Counted from the stretch's first letter, positions 37,376 through 50,420 are shown. The stretch: DNA of 64,000 nucleotides from Stegostoma tigrinum (GCF_030684315.1 NC_081384.1:31272935-31336934); one strand, 5' to 3'. The notes: generated from the letters alone by a model not told the origin. Program-made: numbers and translations.

Positions 37376-38067
37376 ATAGCATCGAGGACAATTGATTCTG
37401 ACTCTCCTTTACATCCTGAGGCACATTTAGCTGTGACACTTCATTTGGTGGATTTTTCAGCAGCTGCCAGACGTTGCTGTTGTTCTGAGTTTGCTGGTAT
37501 ATCTTTTTTACCTCAATTATTTTGCACTTTTATTGCATCACCACTCCAGTGACAATGATCGCCATTGTGACTGACTGCATTTTTTATGCTTCCAGTGAAA
37601 CTTTGTGAGATATAACAAACACGACAGGTCCTGACTTTTAAGTTGGCACTTAAAAATTACTGTTCTGTTTATTCCTCCATACATTGGGACATGGAGGACA
37701 CTAAGAAACAGGGTCATGAAATACCTATGCGTAGACCTTTGACATAGGAACCTTATTCTGAAGAGTGCAGCACAAACCGTATCATGCAAATAAAGAAGGA
37801 GATTATGACTGCTTCATGTTTACCGATACCACCTTCCCCCCACAACACTCAATAAAAGAAACATTACATATTAAAGCATGTTGTTCAATATAGTTCAAAG
37901 CAAGAGGAAATAATGTCCTTGTGCAGCCTGTGAGTTTGGAGATATTTTTCATGAATTATGGCCCTCAGATGCCACTTTTAAGATCATCTGTGATTTCTTA
38001 TGCTTCAGAGAGATGACTGTGACCGTCTGTAATGACCAATGATATGGTCAAGACTGCATGTAACCAG

Positions 38068-38279
38068 AGATAGTCGGAACTGCGGAGCTGCAGAATCTGA
38101 AATAAGAAGCTGTAGAGCTGGATGAACACGGCAGGCCAAGCAGCATCAGAGGAGCAGAAAAGCTGATGTTTTGGGCCTGGACCCCATTTCTGAAGAAGGG
38201 TCTAGGCCCGAAACGTCAGCTTTCCTGCTCCTGTGATGCCACTTGGCCTGCTGTGTTCATCCAGCTCTACACCTTGTCA
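38068..38279. mobile_element. Palindromic mini-Penelope with 15-bp TSD
   Basis: Inverted arms around the centre at ~38187. TSD actgcat(g/t)taaccag at 38053-38067 and 38280-38294. Confidence 0.88.
38186..38222 (+). ncRNA. Minimal type I hammerhead-ribozyme-like motif in a PLE terminus
   Basis: CUGAAGA-A-GGGU(CUAG)GCCC-GAAA-CGUC: intact core boxes, a stem II hairpin and a palindromic ACGU stem III. Stem I is weak, so activity is unproven. Confidence 0.55.
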
Positions 38280-39489
38280 ACTGCATTTAACCAGGATTTC
38301 TATCCCACACAGTTGGACACTGCGTGTTCCACATGAAGGGTACTATGTTTATAGATTACTTAAACATGTACAAGTGTCTGAAGAACCCCTGGACCTCAAT
38401 GTTCATTTCTTCCCTGTACTTTCTGTTGACCCAGTCAATATTAAACTTCCACATGTTTCCAGACATCTCTTTGAGATTTCATTTTGCAACTTTACCATCT
38501 GGCTCTACAGCATAGTCATGCTAACCATCAGCAGTGCTTCCCCCTGCTAAAGCCAGAATATTTGTGACAGTGAATGATTCCTCACTGTCCACTGCAGTAA
38601 TCCATGTTCCTCAGTGCATTGAGTCCCCCAAAATGTTGTGTTCTCTTTTTCGCAATTGTTGATCCAGCTGCATCCTCACCTGCTACTTCCAATTCCCAAA
38701 ATTGACTTTCCAACTTTCCTAACATAGCAGTAGCTCCTGATTATCCTCTTGGCATTCATTGTGCTGACCCCCAGGATTGACTGTGACCCACCCTGTGGTG
38801 AACTTGGACAAACAGCCTTGTCTGATGTCTGTGCTTTTGCCCTTTTGACCAAATCCTGGGCTGGTTGCACTGGACCTGCAGGATTAACCATGGCCTACTT
38901 TCTAAACTGTCGAGGCATGCACCCTGGCCACCTTAAGTAGTCGACTGATGTTGGATACTGTCCTTTACTTAGAATAGCAGAATGCCCTACTGAAGGCTGT
39001 GTCTTTTGACTTAACTGAGGATTAGTCCCCATGGACTTTGAGACATGGCTATTTCACAGAAGCACATTCAATGTGTTTGCCTTGTATGCCACCGGCATAT
39101 GATGTAGCAGGTGCTGTATAGAAACATGTCCTCCTCCTTGATTAATCACTGCTTACTACTATGACAAGCTGTCTGTCCTCATGTCTGCACTAAAAGGCAG
39201 GTCCAGAAAGAAATACTGTCAACTTTTAAACTCTGGCTGAGGGGCCAAAACACAAAAAGACAAGGTGGAGATGCTATGAGTATCCAAGAAGGCATAAAGT
39301 TAGTAAGTACCAAGAGAGCAAGCAGAGAGCCCAGTGATGCATGAGATGCAGATTGTCCTGGCAGTGGCATAACTGTAAAAGGAGTCAGTGTGCTCGTAAC
39401 GGCAGCATTGAATGCAGAACTGTATCATGAGTGGGTTAAAGATGTGCAATGAGGATGGAGGGAGGTTGATACTTGTCTGAAAAGGAGGA

Positions 39490-41445
39490 TGAGGCAACCA
39501 GTCCAACAAGGCATGTCCGGGACAGCATAAAAGCAAAAGACAAAGCTTACAATTTGGTGAAGCTGAGAGGGAGACCAGCAGATTGGAAACATTGAAATAC
39601 CAGTAGAGGATAGCTGAAAATATGTTAAGGAGGGAGAAGCTGAAATATGAGTATAAGCTATCTAGTAATACAAAAGAATATGGTAAAACTTTTTTAGATG
39701 TCTGAAAGGTAAGAGAGAGGCAAGAGTGGACATTGAAACACCAAAAATTGAGTCTGGGGAAGTAGTAACAGCAAATTAAGAAATGGTAGAGGAACTGAAT
39801 AGTGGAAAACAACAGCAGCATACCAGAGCAGATGTAAGTGTTATAGCCATCAGTAAGGAGAAGGTACTGGGGAAGCTGAAAGATCTAAGGTGCTTAAATC
39901 ACCCAGACCAGATGGCCACTCCACAGGGCTCAGAAAGAGATAGCTGAGAAGATTGTAGAGGTGTTGGTGGTGATCTTTCAGAAATCATTGGAGTCAGGGA
40001 GGGTCCCAGCGGATTTGAAAATGTCAAGTGCAAGACTCCTGTTTAAGAAGAGAAAAGGAGGCAAAAGACAGGAAACTATCAGCTGGTTAGCCTGACCTCG
40101 ATCATGGGTAAAATTTTAAGAATCCATAATTAACAATGAGATTGCTGAGTATTTGGAAGTGGATGGTAAAGTAGGAATAAGTCAGCACGAGTTTGTCAAG
40201 GGGAAGTCATGCCTGACAAATCTGTTAGAATTCTTGGAGGTGGAAATGAGCAAAGAAGACAAAGGAGAATAAGTGGACATGGTCTATTTCAATTTCTAGA
40301 AAGCCTTTAACAAGATGCCACACAGGAGGCTAAATTAGATAAGAGCCTGTGGTCAGGGGCAAAGTGCTGGCAGAAAGCAGAGAGTACAGATGAAGAGGAT
40401 TTTTCAGGATGGCAGACAGTGACTAGTGGAGCTCTACAAGGATCAGTATTGGAATCTCAACTATTCATATTATATATTAAAGATATGGACGAAGGAACTG
40501 ACGGCATTGCCGCTAAGTTTGCAGATGACACAAAGATATCTGGAGGGTTAGGTACTGTTGAGGAAGTGGGGAAGCTGCAGAAGAATTTTCCCAGGCTAGG
40601 AGAGTGGGTAAAAAACTGGCAGATGAAATACAATGTGAGAAAGTGTGAACTTATGCACGTTGGTTGGAAGAATAGAGCCATAGACTATTTTCTAAACAGG
40701 GAGAGGCTTCAGAAATCTGAAGCACAAAGAGACTTGGGACTCTGAGTTCAGGATTCTCTTAAGGTTAATGTGCAGGTTTAGTTAGTAGTTAAGAAGGAAA
40801 ATGCAATGTTAGCATTCATTTCAAGTGGACTAGAGCATAAGAGCAGAGACGAACTGCTGAGGCTGTATAAGGCTCTGGTCAGACCGTATTTGGAATATTG
40901 TGAACAGTTTTGGGCCCAATATTTAAGGAAGGATCTATTGATGTTGGAGAGCAAGCAGAGGAGATTTACTAGAAAGATCCTGGGAATGAAGGGCTTGTCA
41001 TTTGAGGAGCAGTTAAGGACCCTTGAGTCTGTACTCAATAGAGTTTAAAAGGACAAGGGGCGATCTGATTGAAATTTACAGAATATAGAGAAACCTGGAT
41101 AGAACGGACCCGGGGAAGATGTTTCCACTAGTTGGAAAGATTTGGACCTGAGGGCACTGCCTCAAAGTGAAGGGACAACCGTTTATAACTGAGATGAAGA
41201 GGGATTTCTTCAGCCAGAGGGTGGTGAAACTGGAACTCATGGCTGCAGAAACCTGTGGAGGCCAAGCCATTGAGTGTATTTAAGACAGAGAAGTAAAAGT
41301 TCTTAATTTGTAAACAGATCAAGGTTATGAGCAGAATGCAAGAGAATGGGGTTGAGAAACATATCAGCCATGATTGAGTGGCAGAACACACATGATGGGC
41401 TGAATGGCCTAATTCTGCTCCCGTATCTTATTGTCTTCTGGTCTC
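39490..41445 (+). mobile_element. CR1 LINE ORF2 (RT) with 3' UTR, 5'-truncated
   Basis: KSCLTNLLEF, QGSVLE.QLF.LYI.D, KFADDTKI, LYKALVRPYLEYC motifs. Frameshifted. Confidence 0.92.
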
Positions 41446-41732
41446 TGGATGGTGATGTAGGCAGTTGCTTACCATGGAGCATGGACTGAGATTTAGCAGC
41501 GAGCTGGAGTCGCCATTTAACTGCTCTGGCATTCATTTTGGGAATTGTCACCATTTAATCTAGTTTCTCCCCAGTGCGTGAAGAATAGGAAGATGCATAT
41601 CAGTGAGACAAGATTAGGTACTCTTCACCTATAAGTGTATGAAATTAGTTTCTCACTGACCAATATCGAGATTCCTGTCTTGCCACTCAAACTTTACTTG
41701 CAAAATTGGACAAATTCTTCTAGGTATATTTA

Positions 41733-42022
41733 GGAGGTGATGGTGGCATAGTTAGTCATAATGTCATTAGACAAGCAATCCAGAACCCCAGGCCAGTGTT
41801 TTGGGAACTCAGCTTTGAATCCCACCATGGCCGATGATGAAATTTTAATTTGATTAAAAATTTTGGAATAAATGTCTAGCTTAATGGCAACCATGCAACG
41901 ACCGTTGATTGTTGCAAAAACCCATCTAGTTCATTGATGCCTTTTAGGGAACAAGATCTGCCATCCTTACCTGACCTTGCCTACATGTGACTCCAGAGCT
42001 ACGGCAATGTGATTGACCCTTA
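41733..42022 (+). mobile_element. tRNA-derived SINE (same family as 8428), 3'-truncated
   Basis: ggaggtgatggtggcatagt...tttgaatcccaccatggc...aaaacccatct.gttcat...gcctacatgtgactccaga. Confidence 0.8.
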
Positions 42023-42111
42023 GAAGATACAAAAAAATTCATCCAGCAATTCAAAGTGATTTATTAATACAAAGGCAGCAGTGTAATATTTCTACATTAT
42101 TATTATTGTTG

Positions 42112-42458
42112 GGGAGGCAGTAACCTTGTGTATTATTGCTGGAATGGTAATCCAGATACCCAGGTAATGTTATTGGAACCTCGAGTTCAAATCCCACTAT
42201 GGCACATGATGGAATTTGAATTCAATATAAATCTGGAATTAAAAGTTTAATGGTGACTATGAAACCATGGAAAAACCCATCTGGTTCACTAGTGTCCTTT
42301 AGGAAAGGAAACTACCATCCTTACTTGGTCTGGCCTATGATTCCAGACCCACAGCAATGTAGTTGATGCTTAAATACCTTCTAGATAATTAGGGATGGGC
42401 AATCAATGCTAGCCTAACTAGCAACACTCTCACCCCATGAATGAATATTTAAAAAAAG
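42112..42458 (+). mobile_element. tRNA-derived SINE (same family as 8428), near full length
   Basis: B-box gagttcaaatccc and tail agggatgggcaatcaatgct...ccatgaatgaata. Confidence 0.85.
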
Positions 42459-43209
42459 GCTTTCCCAATGCCTATCCTAACTTCTGTAGAGGGTGAAAGA
42501 ACCTCCAGAGAAGTAACTGTGGCCAGATTGCTTGCCAAAGCTATGACAGAAATTTCATGCAAAATATCTGTAACCTCTGACTTTTACAATTAAAAATAGC
42601 AAATCAGGCCTTTTTTCCGAGAAGGTAATTAATCTCGGATTGCACTCATTTACTATTCCTGACTGATCATATTTGGTGAGCTTGAACATTTCAGCTAACA
42701 GCAAAACAATCCATATGCTTTGTACAGTGTTGCATTCTTGGTATATCATCTAAATGAGCAAGCCCATCAGAAAGTAATAACAAAAATGCTAGTGAATATG
42801 GAATTTTTAGAAGTCACATTTCAAACATCACAACTTGTTGCAGATGCAAAACTATTTTAAATTTCTAAGTCAGGATGGTTAAACTTTAATGAAAATTGGA
42901 AGTATTGAGTTCCCCTATCCCTGGTGTGCTGCTCTTTTAGGTGAGAAAAATTGGCAGGTACAGGTTAGATAATTTGTCAAAAAACCTCAGTGACTTTCTT
43001 TAGTCATCTTAAAAATGATGCATATTCCAACCAAAGTTCCTCAATTATGGTGGAATGACAGGCATTTCTCAAATGCTGATCCACCATCTACAAAGCACAA
43101 GTCAAGAGGGTGATGGAATTCTTTTCACTTGCCTGGATGGGTGCAATTCCAAAATTACTCAAGAAGCTTGACAATAATCCAGGACAAAGTGACTTGATTG
43201 TATCCACAG

Positions 43210-45800
43210 TCTCTACAGCCATTTTTAAGACCGGAGAATACAGGCCATCAGGCTTGGGTGATTAGTAAGCCGCTAGAGTTCTTTTAGGATACTCCCTCAC
43301 TTTTTCCCCTTGATTTTCTTCTGTTCCATGGGAAATTTTATGTTTTCTATTATGAAAACAGATACAAAATTCTTGTTCAAAGTCACTGTCATTTCTTTGT
43401 TTACCATTATAAATTTGCCAATTTCATGCTATAATGTATCAACATATACTTTAGCTGTTTTCTTTCTTACATTAGACATGGAGAAGCCCCAATTTTGCTG
43501 GTTTAATTTCATAGTCTATTTTTTCCTCTATTATTTTTCAGGCATAATTATCTGTTTTTTCAAACTTCTCCCAATCTTCTGTTCATTCACTAATCTTGGC
43601 AGTATTGCATTCCCTTCCCTTCAGTTCGATACTTCCTTAACTTCCTTAGTTAGTCATAGATTGTTACCCTTTCTCAAATGTTTATTCCTTAGTAGAAAAT
43701 ATATTTTGGGTGTTTTAAATATCCCCTTAAGTGCCTGATACTGCTTGTATTCCATCTTAATTTTAAACTTATTTTCCTAGTCAGCTTCAACCAATAATTT
43801 CACCATACCACCAAAATTAACTTCATATATGTTTAAGATATGAGTTTCATATTTAAGTTTCTTAATCTTAAACTGAATTCCATTATGTTATGACAACTGG
43901 TCCTCAATAGGTTCTTTATTTTGTAATTGATATTTTCAAGAAGGAGTTAGATATAGTTCATGGAACTAAAGGACTCAAAGGGTGTGTTGCCAAAACTGGA
44001 AAAGGGTACTGAGCCAGATGTTCTGAGGAAGGGCCACTGGACCCAAAAGGTTAATTCTGTTTTTATCTTCACAGGTGCTACCAGACCTGCTGAGCTTTTC
44101 CAGCAACTTAATTTTTGGTCCTGATTTACAGCATCCGCTGTCCTTTTGTTTTTTACTGAGCTGGACGATTGGCCATAACCATAGTGAATGGCAGAGTGGG
44201 CTTGACGGGCTAAATGGCCTACTTCTGCTCCTAGTTTCTTTGTTTCTATCATGAATTAATCCAATTTCATTACACGTTGCCAAGTGTGACACAGCCAGTC
44301 CCTTGGTTGGCTCCATAACATATTATTCTAAGAAACTGTCTTGAATATCCTGAATTCATTTGTACAATCTGCATGAAGATTAAGATTGCTCACATTTATT
44401 GCATTCCCTTGCTTACAAGCCTCCATTATTTCTGATTTATTATTTGTCCTACGATAAGTAATTTCTCCTTGCTATTTGTTATCTCCACCCAGAATGGATG
44501 CCATATCTTGACCTTCCAAGCCAAAATAATTTCTCGTTCCTGTGCTGATGTAATCCTTTAATAACAAAGCTACCCTGCCCTCTTTTCCCCTTTTATATAC
44601 CTTTCAAATGTCAAATATGCTTGACTATTCAGTTTCTAGTCTTGTTCTTCTTCCAACCTTTTGCAATAGCGAAAATAATTTGAACCATGTATTGATGTTT
44701 GTACTGTCAACTCATTTATTGCCTTTTTTTTACCAATTTTTAGTGCTGGCTTCTCACTATTTAATTCTCTTTGATGCAGTTTGTGGGTAGACTGTAATGT
44801 TTGTACACAGTCACTCCCTGTCATAATCTAGTTATCGTCCCCCATACCATTACCCTGCATTATTCATTCCCTTTTTGTTCAACCTTATAAGCTTCCTCTC
44901 ACCAGAACCCTATTCCAACTATTAAGTTTAAAGCCCACGCAACAGGCCTAGTTCTTTGATTCACTAAGACACTGATTCCAGCAACTTGCAAGTTAAGCCT
45001 ATCCCAGCAGAAAAACTGCTTTCCACACATAAGTGTAGGTGCTAGTACCCCATGAAATGAAATCCATTTCTTCCATATCAATCTTTGAGCTACACGTTCT
45101 GTCCCTGAGTACACCCTGTTAACCCAATACCAATTTGCCTGTGACTCAGCTAGTAATCTAGGTATTATTGTTCTGTTGTAAATTTAGGCTCTAGCTGTTC
45201 ATATTCCCTTAACAGAATCCATTTCTTAGTTTTGCATATGTCAGTTGTGAACCTTTCCTTCCCACTTCAAGTTCCTCACCAGCCTCAAGGAGATATCTGT
45301 TTGCCCTGAGCAGGCAGTACAATATTTACCACAAGCAATCTTGATAGCAGAGATAAATAGCTATTCTGTATCTATATTCCCCCCTATATGACTACATTTC
45401 TTTCACATGTCAACTTGATCAGCCGCCCATACCATGGTATTGTGTTCAGTTTGCTTGTCCTTCTTCCAGTTCTTGCTCTAGAACACAAAGTTTGCAAGAA
45501 TTGTGTAACTGTTGGACGATGCAAAGGTTGAGGCACCTGCAGTGCTAACTTCTGTATCTCCCATTTTTGCCTAATTCATGGTTATACCCTTTTGTCCCTG
45601 ACCATGGAATGTGTTTGAAGTACTTAAACTAAGGAATGTAACTACCTCATGGAACACTGTTTCAAGGTACCTTTCTCCCTCCCCGATGTATCTCAATATC
45701 CAAAGAACTTCAAATTATTAACTGAACTGAATTTCCTTTAGCTTCAGATATTTATTGCAGATATGATTGCTGTAGATCACACTGACGCCCAGCAACATCT
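43210..45800 (-). mobile_element. Decayed CR1 LINE (5' region/endonuclease), containing a nested + strand CR1 tail (43935-44250)
   Basis: Similarity to the 31250-32450 CR1 region and the ORF1-like words FFCWDRLNL..AG..VL. The nested tail is gaatggcagagtgggcttgacgggctaaatggcctacttctgctcct. Confidence 0.65.
44021..44153 (+). mobile_element. Solo Penelope terminus with imperfect 14-bp TSD and mutated hammerhead core
   Basis: ttctgaggaagggccactggacccaaaaggttaa... is homologous to the reverse complement of 51250-51390. Flanks tactgagccagatg (44007-44020) and tactgagctggacg (44154-44167). Confidence 0.7.
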
Positions 45801-45879
45801 ACAACACGTAAATTGTCCCATTTGGATTTTATTTATTTATCAGGGTTTTGAATTTTGAAATATCGTGCTTATTGTTTTA

Positions 45880-47730
45880 TTTGCTTATGGGACATAGACA
45901 TTGCTGTCTATGCCAGCATTTATTGTCAGTCTGTATTTGCCCTTGTGAAGGTGGTGGTGAACTGCCTTCTTAAACTGCTGCAATCTGTGTACTGCAATTA
46001 GACACACATTGCCCATTAGGGAGGAGATTCCAGGATTTTGTCTCAGCAGCAGTGAAGGAATGACAATATATTTCCATGTCAGGATTAGAGAATGGTTTGG
46101 AAGAGAACTTGCAGGTGGGAGTGTTCTGTATATCTGCTGCCCTTATCCTTCAAGATGGAAGTCGTTGTACATTTGGAAAGTGTTGTCTAAGGGTCTTTGG
46201 GAAATTTCTGCAGTGCAACTTATTGATAAAACACACTGATGCTATTGAGTATCAGTGGTGGAGGGAGTAGATGCTTCTGGATGTGGTACCAATCAAGTGG
46301 GCTGCTTTGCCCTGGTTGGTGTCAAGTTTCTTGAGTGTTGTTGGAGCTGGGCTCATCCAGGCATGTGGGGAGTATTTTGTTTACAGTCTTGACTTGTGCC
46401 TTGTGGAGGGTAGATAGGCTTTGAGAAGTCAAGAAGTGAGTTACTCACTGCAGTATTCTGAACCTCTGAACTGCTCTTGTAGCCATGTATTTATGTAGAG
46501 TTGTAAAGCCATACAGCATAAAAACAGACCCTTTGGTCCAACAAGTTCATGCTTACCGTAATCCCAACCTGCCAGTGCTTGGCCCATATCTCTCCAAATA
46601 TTTCTTCTTCATGTATTTACCCAAATGTCTTTCAAATGTTGTAACTGTACCTGCATCCACTACTTTCTTTAGCAGTTCATCCCACGCACAAAACTTTCTC
46701 TGTGTAAAAAAATTGCCCCCATGTCTTTTTAAAAGCTGTCTCCTCTCACCTTAAGAATATGCTCCTAGCTTTGAACTCCCTCACTCTAGGGAAAAGACCT
46801 TTGCTATCGTATCCTTATCTGTGCCCCTCTTAACTTTATAAACCTCTATAAGGTCACCTGTCAACCTCCTATGCTCCAGTGATAAAAGTCCCAGCCAATC
46901 CAGCCTTCCCTTATAACTCACCCCGCCATTCCTGACAACACCCTGGTAATTCTTTTCTGTACCTGCTGCAATTTAATAATCCTGTGGCAGGGCGACCAGA
47001 ACTGCACACAGTACTCCAGAAGAATCCTCACCAAGTCCTGTCCAACTTTAACATAATCTCCAACGCTTAAACTCAAAGGTCTAAGCAATGAAGGCAAGCA
47101 TGCTAAGTGCTTCCTCAACAGTGAAGAAAACAACATGGCTTTCTGCCAACTGTTGGAGCATGACATCAAATAGCTCTCTGCTAAATTCTTGCCGATCCTG
47201 GATGAAAAGCAGTGCATCGATCAGTCTTAATAAGAATCACACAATTCAAAGCAAATATGGCGAGCCCAGTTAAGTTTCTGGTCAATGGTAACCCCAAGGA
47301 TGTTAGTGGTGGGGATTTCAGAGTTGGCAACGCCATTGAATGTAAACAGGCAGTGGTTAGATTGTCTCTTATCAAACAAGGTCATATCCTATCATTTGTC
47401 TGGTGTAAATGTAATGTATCACATGTCAGCCTCAGCCTGGTTATTGTCCAGGTCTTATTGCATTTGAACTTGGACTGCTTCAATATCTGAGGAGTTGGTA
47501 ATAGTGCTCAACATTGTGTAGTCATTGGCTAACATCCACATTTGTGACCTTATGATGAAGGGAGGATCATTGATGAAGAAGCTGAGGATGGGTGGTCCTG
47601 GATCGCTACCCTGAGGAACTACCACAGAGATGTCCTAGAACTGAGATGACTAACCTCGAACAACCACGACCATCTTCCTTTGTGCCAAGTATGGCTCCAA
47701 TCAGTGGAGAGTTTGTCCCCAGTTCCAGTT
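45880..47730 (-). mobile_element. CR1/L2-group LINE 3' portion, split by a nested CR1
   Basis: Collinear with 54310-55400. Interrupted at ~46495-47250. Confidence 0.85.
46495..47120 (-). mobile_element. CR1 LINE (HER1-like) 3' fragment nested in the previous LINE
   Basis: LVRILLEYCVQFWSPCH...VQKRITRVLSGM plus the CR1 3' UTR. Confidence 0.85.
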
Positions 47731-49872
47731 TTGCTAGTTACAGAAGTAATTTAACTAGCTGATCTATAAATGTAATGCAATACATATAAAACTCTCCAGA
47801 CTAGTTGAAACTACTGTTCTAGTTTAGAAGGAAAAATATAAAATCCACCAATTAATTATTGATCTGCTCAGTGTAATCAATGGCACCAGAACACAAGTCT
47901 TAGGTCTTCTGTCTCTTAAGCCCTCTCTGGGATCCCTTCTTGTGTTGTAAAAGTCCAGAACAGCAATACTTGCTTCACTGTGCCGAATGCTTTTGTTAAA
48001 TATCAATCAAAACTACACTAAAACAAGTTACCTCAGTTCTAGCCTCCAGGTGTCAAGATGAGATGGTTAGGTTCGTTTTTTTTTGGTGGAGATGGCTGTG
48101 GTCTAGTACTGCCGTGGTATATATGTTGCTTACCACTTATGAACCCAAGACTGACTATCATTCAGGCTCTTGCAGGTGGAGGTATGAATTCCTTCACTAT
48201 CTGAGGAGTTAAAATGGAACTGAAAACTGTGCAGTCATTAGCAAACAAGCTTGCCTTTATGTAACATGAGACTTGAAAACACAGAAGGCTGAAAGATCAT
48301 GAAGTAGGGATTTTTTCCACCGGCATTGGATAATTTCAAACATGAATGGAAATTGCAGTTAAACAAGCAAGTATTTAAATGGAATCAAGCCCATAGTTTA
48401 CATTGACTTGAGAAATCCATTACTGTCTTCTCATCTTCCCATGAGCCCTTCTTGCCCCAGATACCATTTTTTTCAAAGAAAGTCCATTCAACTGATCCAG
48501 CTGCCCTTCTTCAGTATTGCTGCCGGCTGGTGGAGTTAGAGACAACACTTGATCTCCACTGCTCAACCCCCTTCCACCCCATTGCCAACTTTTACTGTTG
48601 GTTTTATTGCACTATGAAACTAGAAACTCATTGATAAAACATCTCAAGATATTTGATGATAGGACAATGACCTGATGTATTCTTGCAGTACAGTTTTTGG
48701 ATTGAGGTAATTGACCTTCAACAGCTACAACTTGACAATAAACACAGTTAGATTTGCAGCACAAGTCTTCAATGTTATAGCTTAAACGTTGTTGCGGTGT
48801 TTTAGGTTTTTTTTAGCTTTTAGGAGTCTTTAGTTTACTGAGCATTATTTGGACAAATCAAATTGGCTGATGTCTGGCGTCAGTGTTACTTGAGATCCCA
48901 AGATTAGACCAAAATGAATCATCTGCACAGCTCTTCTGGCTAATTGCAAACATTCTTACCATGACTTTTGCACTCGTGTTTTGGCTTTCACCGAATTTAG
49001 AATGGAATTACCCTTTCCAGTTAGTTATTTAACTGTCCATTGTCATTAACAGCTGGATGTTGCTCGGACTGTAATGCTTTGATCTGATCAACTGGTTGTT
49101 CAGCTGCTTAGAGTTCCTGAACAAGAGTTAGGTTTTCTAGTGCTAGAGGAATATAATTCCACTTTAGCAGAACAATATTTTTGTCCACCTCAAATGCTTA
49201 ATTTATTTCTGAAACAAATTGGGCTAGGACTTGATTTTTGTGTGCAGATTTGGGATTCTATTTTATGTGTGTGCGAAACTGACTGCACTCCAGTTGTAGA
49301 TTGTTTGATGTTATATAAATTTCAGAATAAAATATTGATAGACAGAGGTGGATTTTAGACAACACTGTTTTATTGGAAGAAAAATGGCGCAGTGCTTTCT
49401 TTACTGCTGATTTCCTGTCAAGAAAACTGATTTGTAGATTGGCCTTCTTCTTTTCTACTAGGTGTTGACCTTTTGCTATTGGGTTCTTGTACCATATATA
49501 GATGATACCAGAGGCAGGACAGTGGGTTAGATGCAGAGCCTCCTATTCCTCTCCCTACATCCATTGGCTATCATGGGGGTGAAATGGGGGTGAAGTTTGT
49601 GTTCATCAATAGGGCGTAAGAGATATATATAAATCAGCAACATATTTATTGTCAACACCCTTACCCCTGTATACCTTCCCGAGACACTCACACCCAACAA
49701 TTCTCTTTTCATTGATTTAATGCCAGCTCCAGTGCAGTGGACCAGAATGAAATCATATTTAATGGTCATAAACTCATATTATAGCTTGTTTTGACATTCT
49801 CAAAGTATACTGAGTTGGTTAAGTTTCATCGTTAATATGGTCATTTCTCACAGGCTTTATTTTTTAATATTG

Positions 49873-50135
49873 GGGTAGCGCAGTGGCTCAGTGGTTAGAA
49901 GGACCAGGATTCAATTCCAGCCTTGGGCGACTATCTGTGTGGAGTTTGCACATTCTTCCTGTGTGTGCATGGATTTCATCCCACGGTCCAAAGGTGTCTA
50001 GGTTAGTTTGGTTAGCCATGGGAAATGCAAGGGATAGATAGGGTAGAGGGTGGGTCTTGATTGGATGCTCTTCAGACAGGTGGACTCAATGGGCTGGATG
50101 GCCTACTCTAAAGGTGGGGATTCTATGATTCTGTA
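49873..50135 (+). mobile_element. V-SINE (HE1-like)
   Basis: gcagtggctcagtggttag...ttcaattccagccttgggcgactatctgtgtggagtttgcacattct...gggattctatgattct. Confidence 0.85.
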
Positions 50136-50319
50136 GTGTTGTGTCTTTGTATGCTCAGTGTTCCAGATTAAAGTCTCACAAAAATCTTGACTCAGTTTGT
50201 GTTAAACATATCTCTGATTAAACCAAATCATTGGAAACATATCCTGAACTAATAGGTTAACATTTTGTATCTCTTCAGATATTTCTGACATATATAAATA
50301 CCCCAGGAAGAAAAGATAT

Positions 50320-50420
50320 CTTGCATTTGTGTAGAACCTTGCAGAACCTCCACTTTATCCCAAAGTGCTTCACAGCCAATGAAATACTTTTGAAGTGCAG
50401 CCACGGTCATAAATGTGAAG
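50320..50420 (-). mobile_element. DeuSINE/L2-type 3' tail fragment
   Basis: cttgcattt.tgtag...tcccaaagtgcttcacagccaatgaaatacttttgaagtg is the reverse complement of the tail at 51055-51130. Confidence 0.6.

Noticed and set aside
39300-39821. 173-aa hydrophobic ORF (also 43310-43738 and 1794-2198)
   Set aside because: Antisense reading of A-rich retroelement sequence gives Phe/Leu-rich pseudo-membrane peptides.
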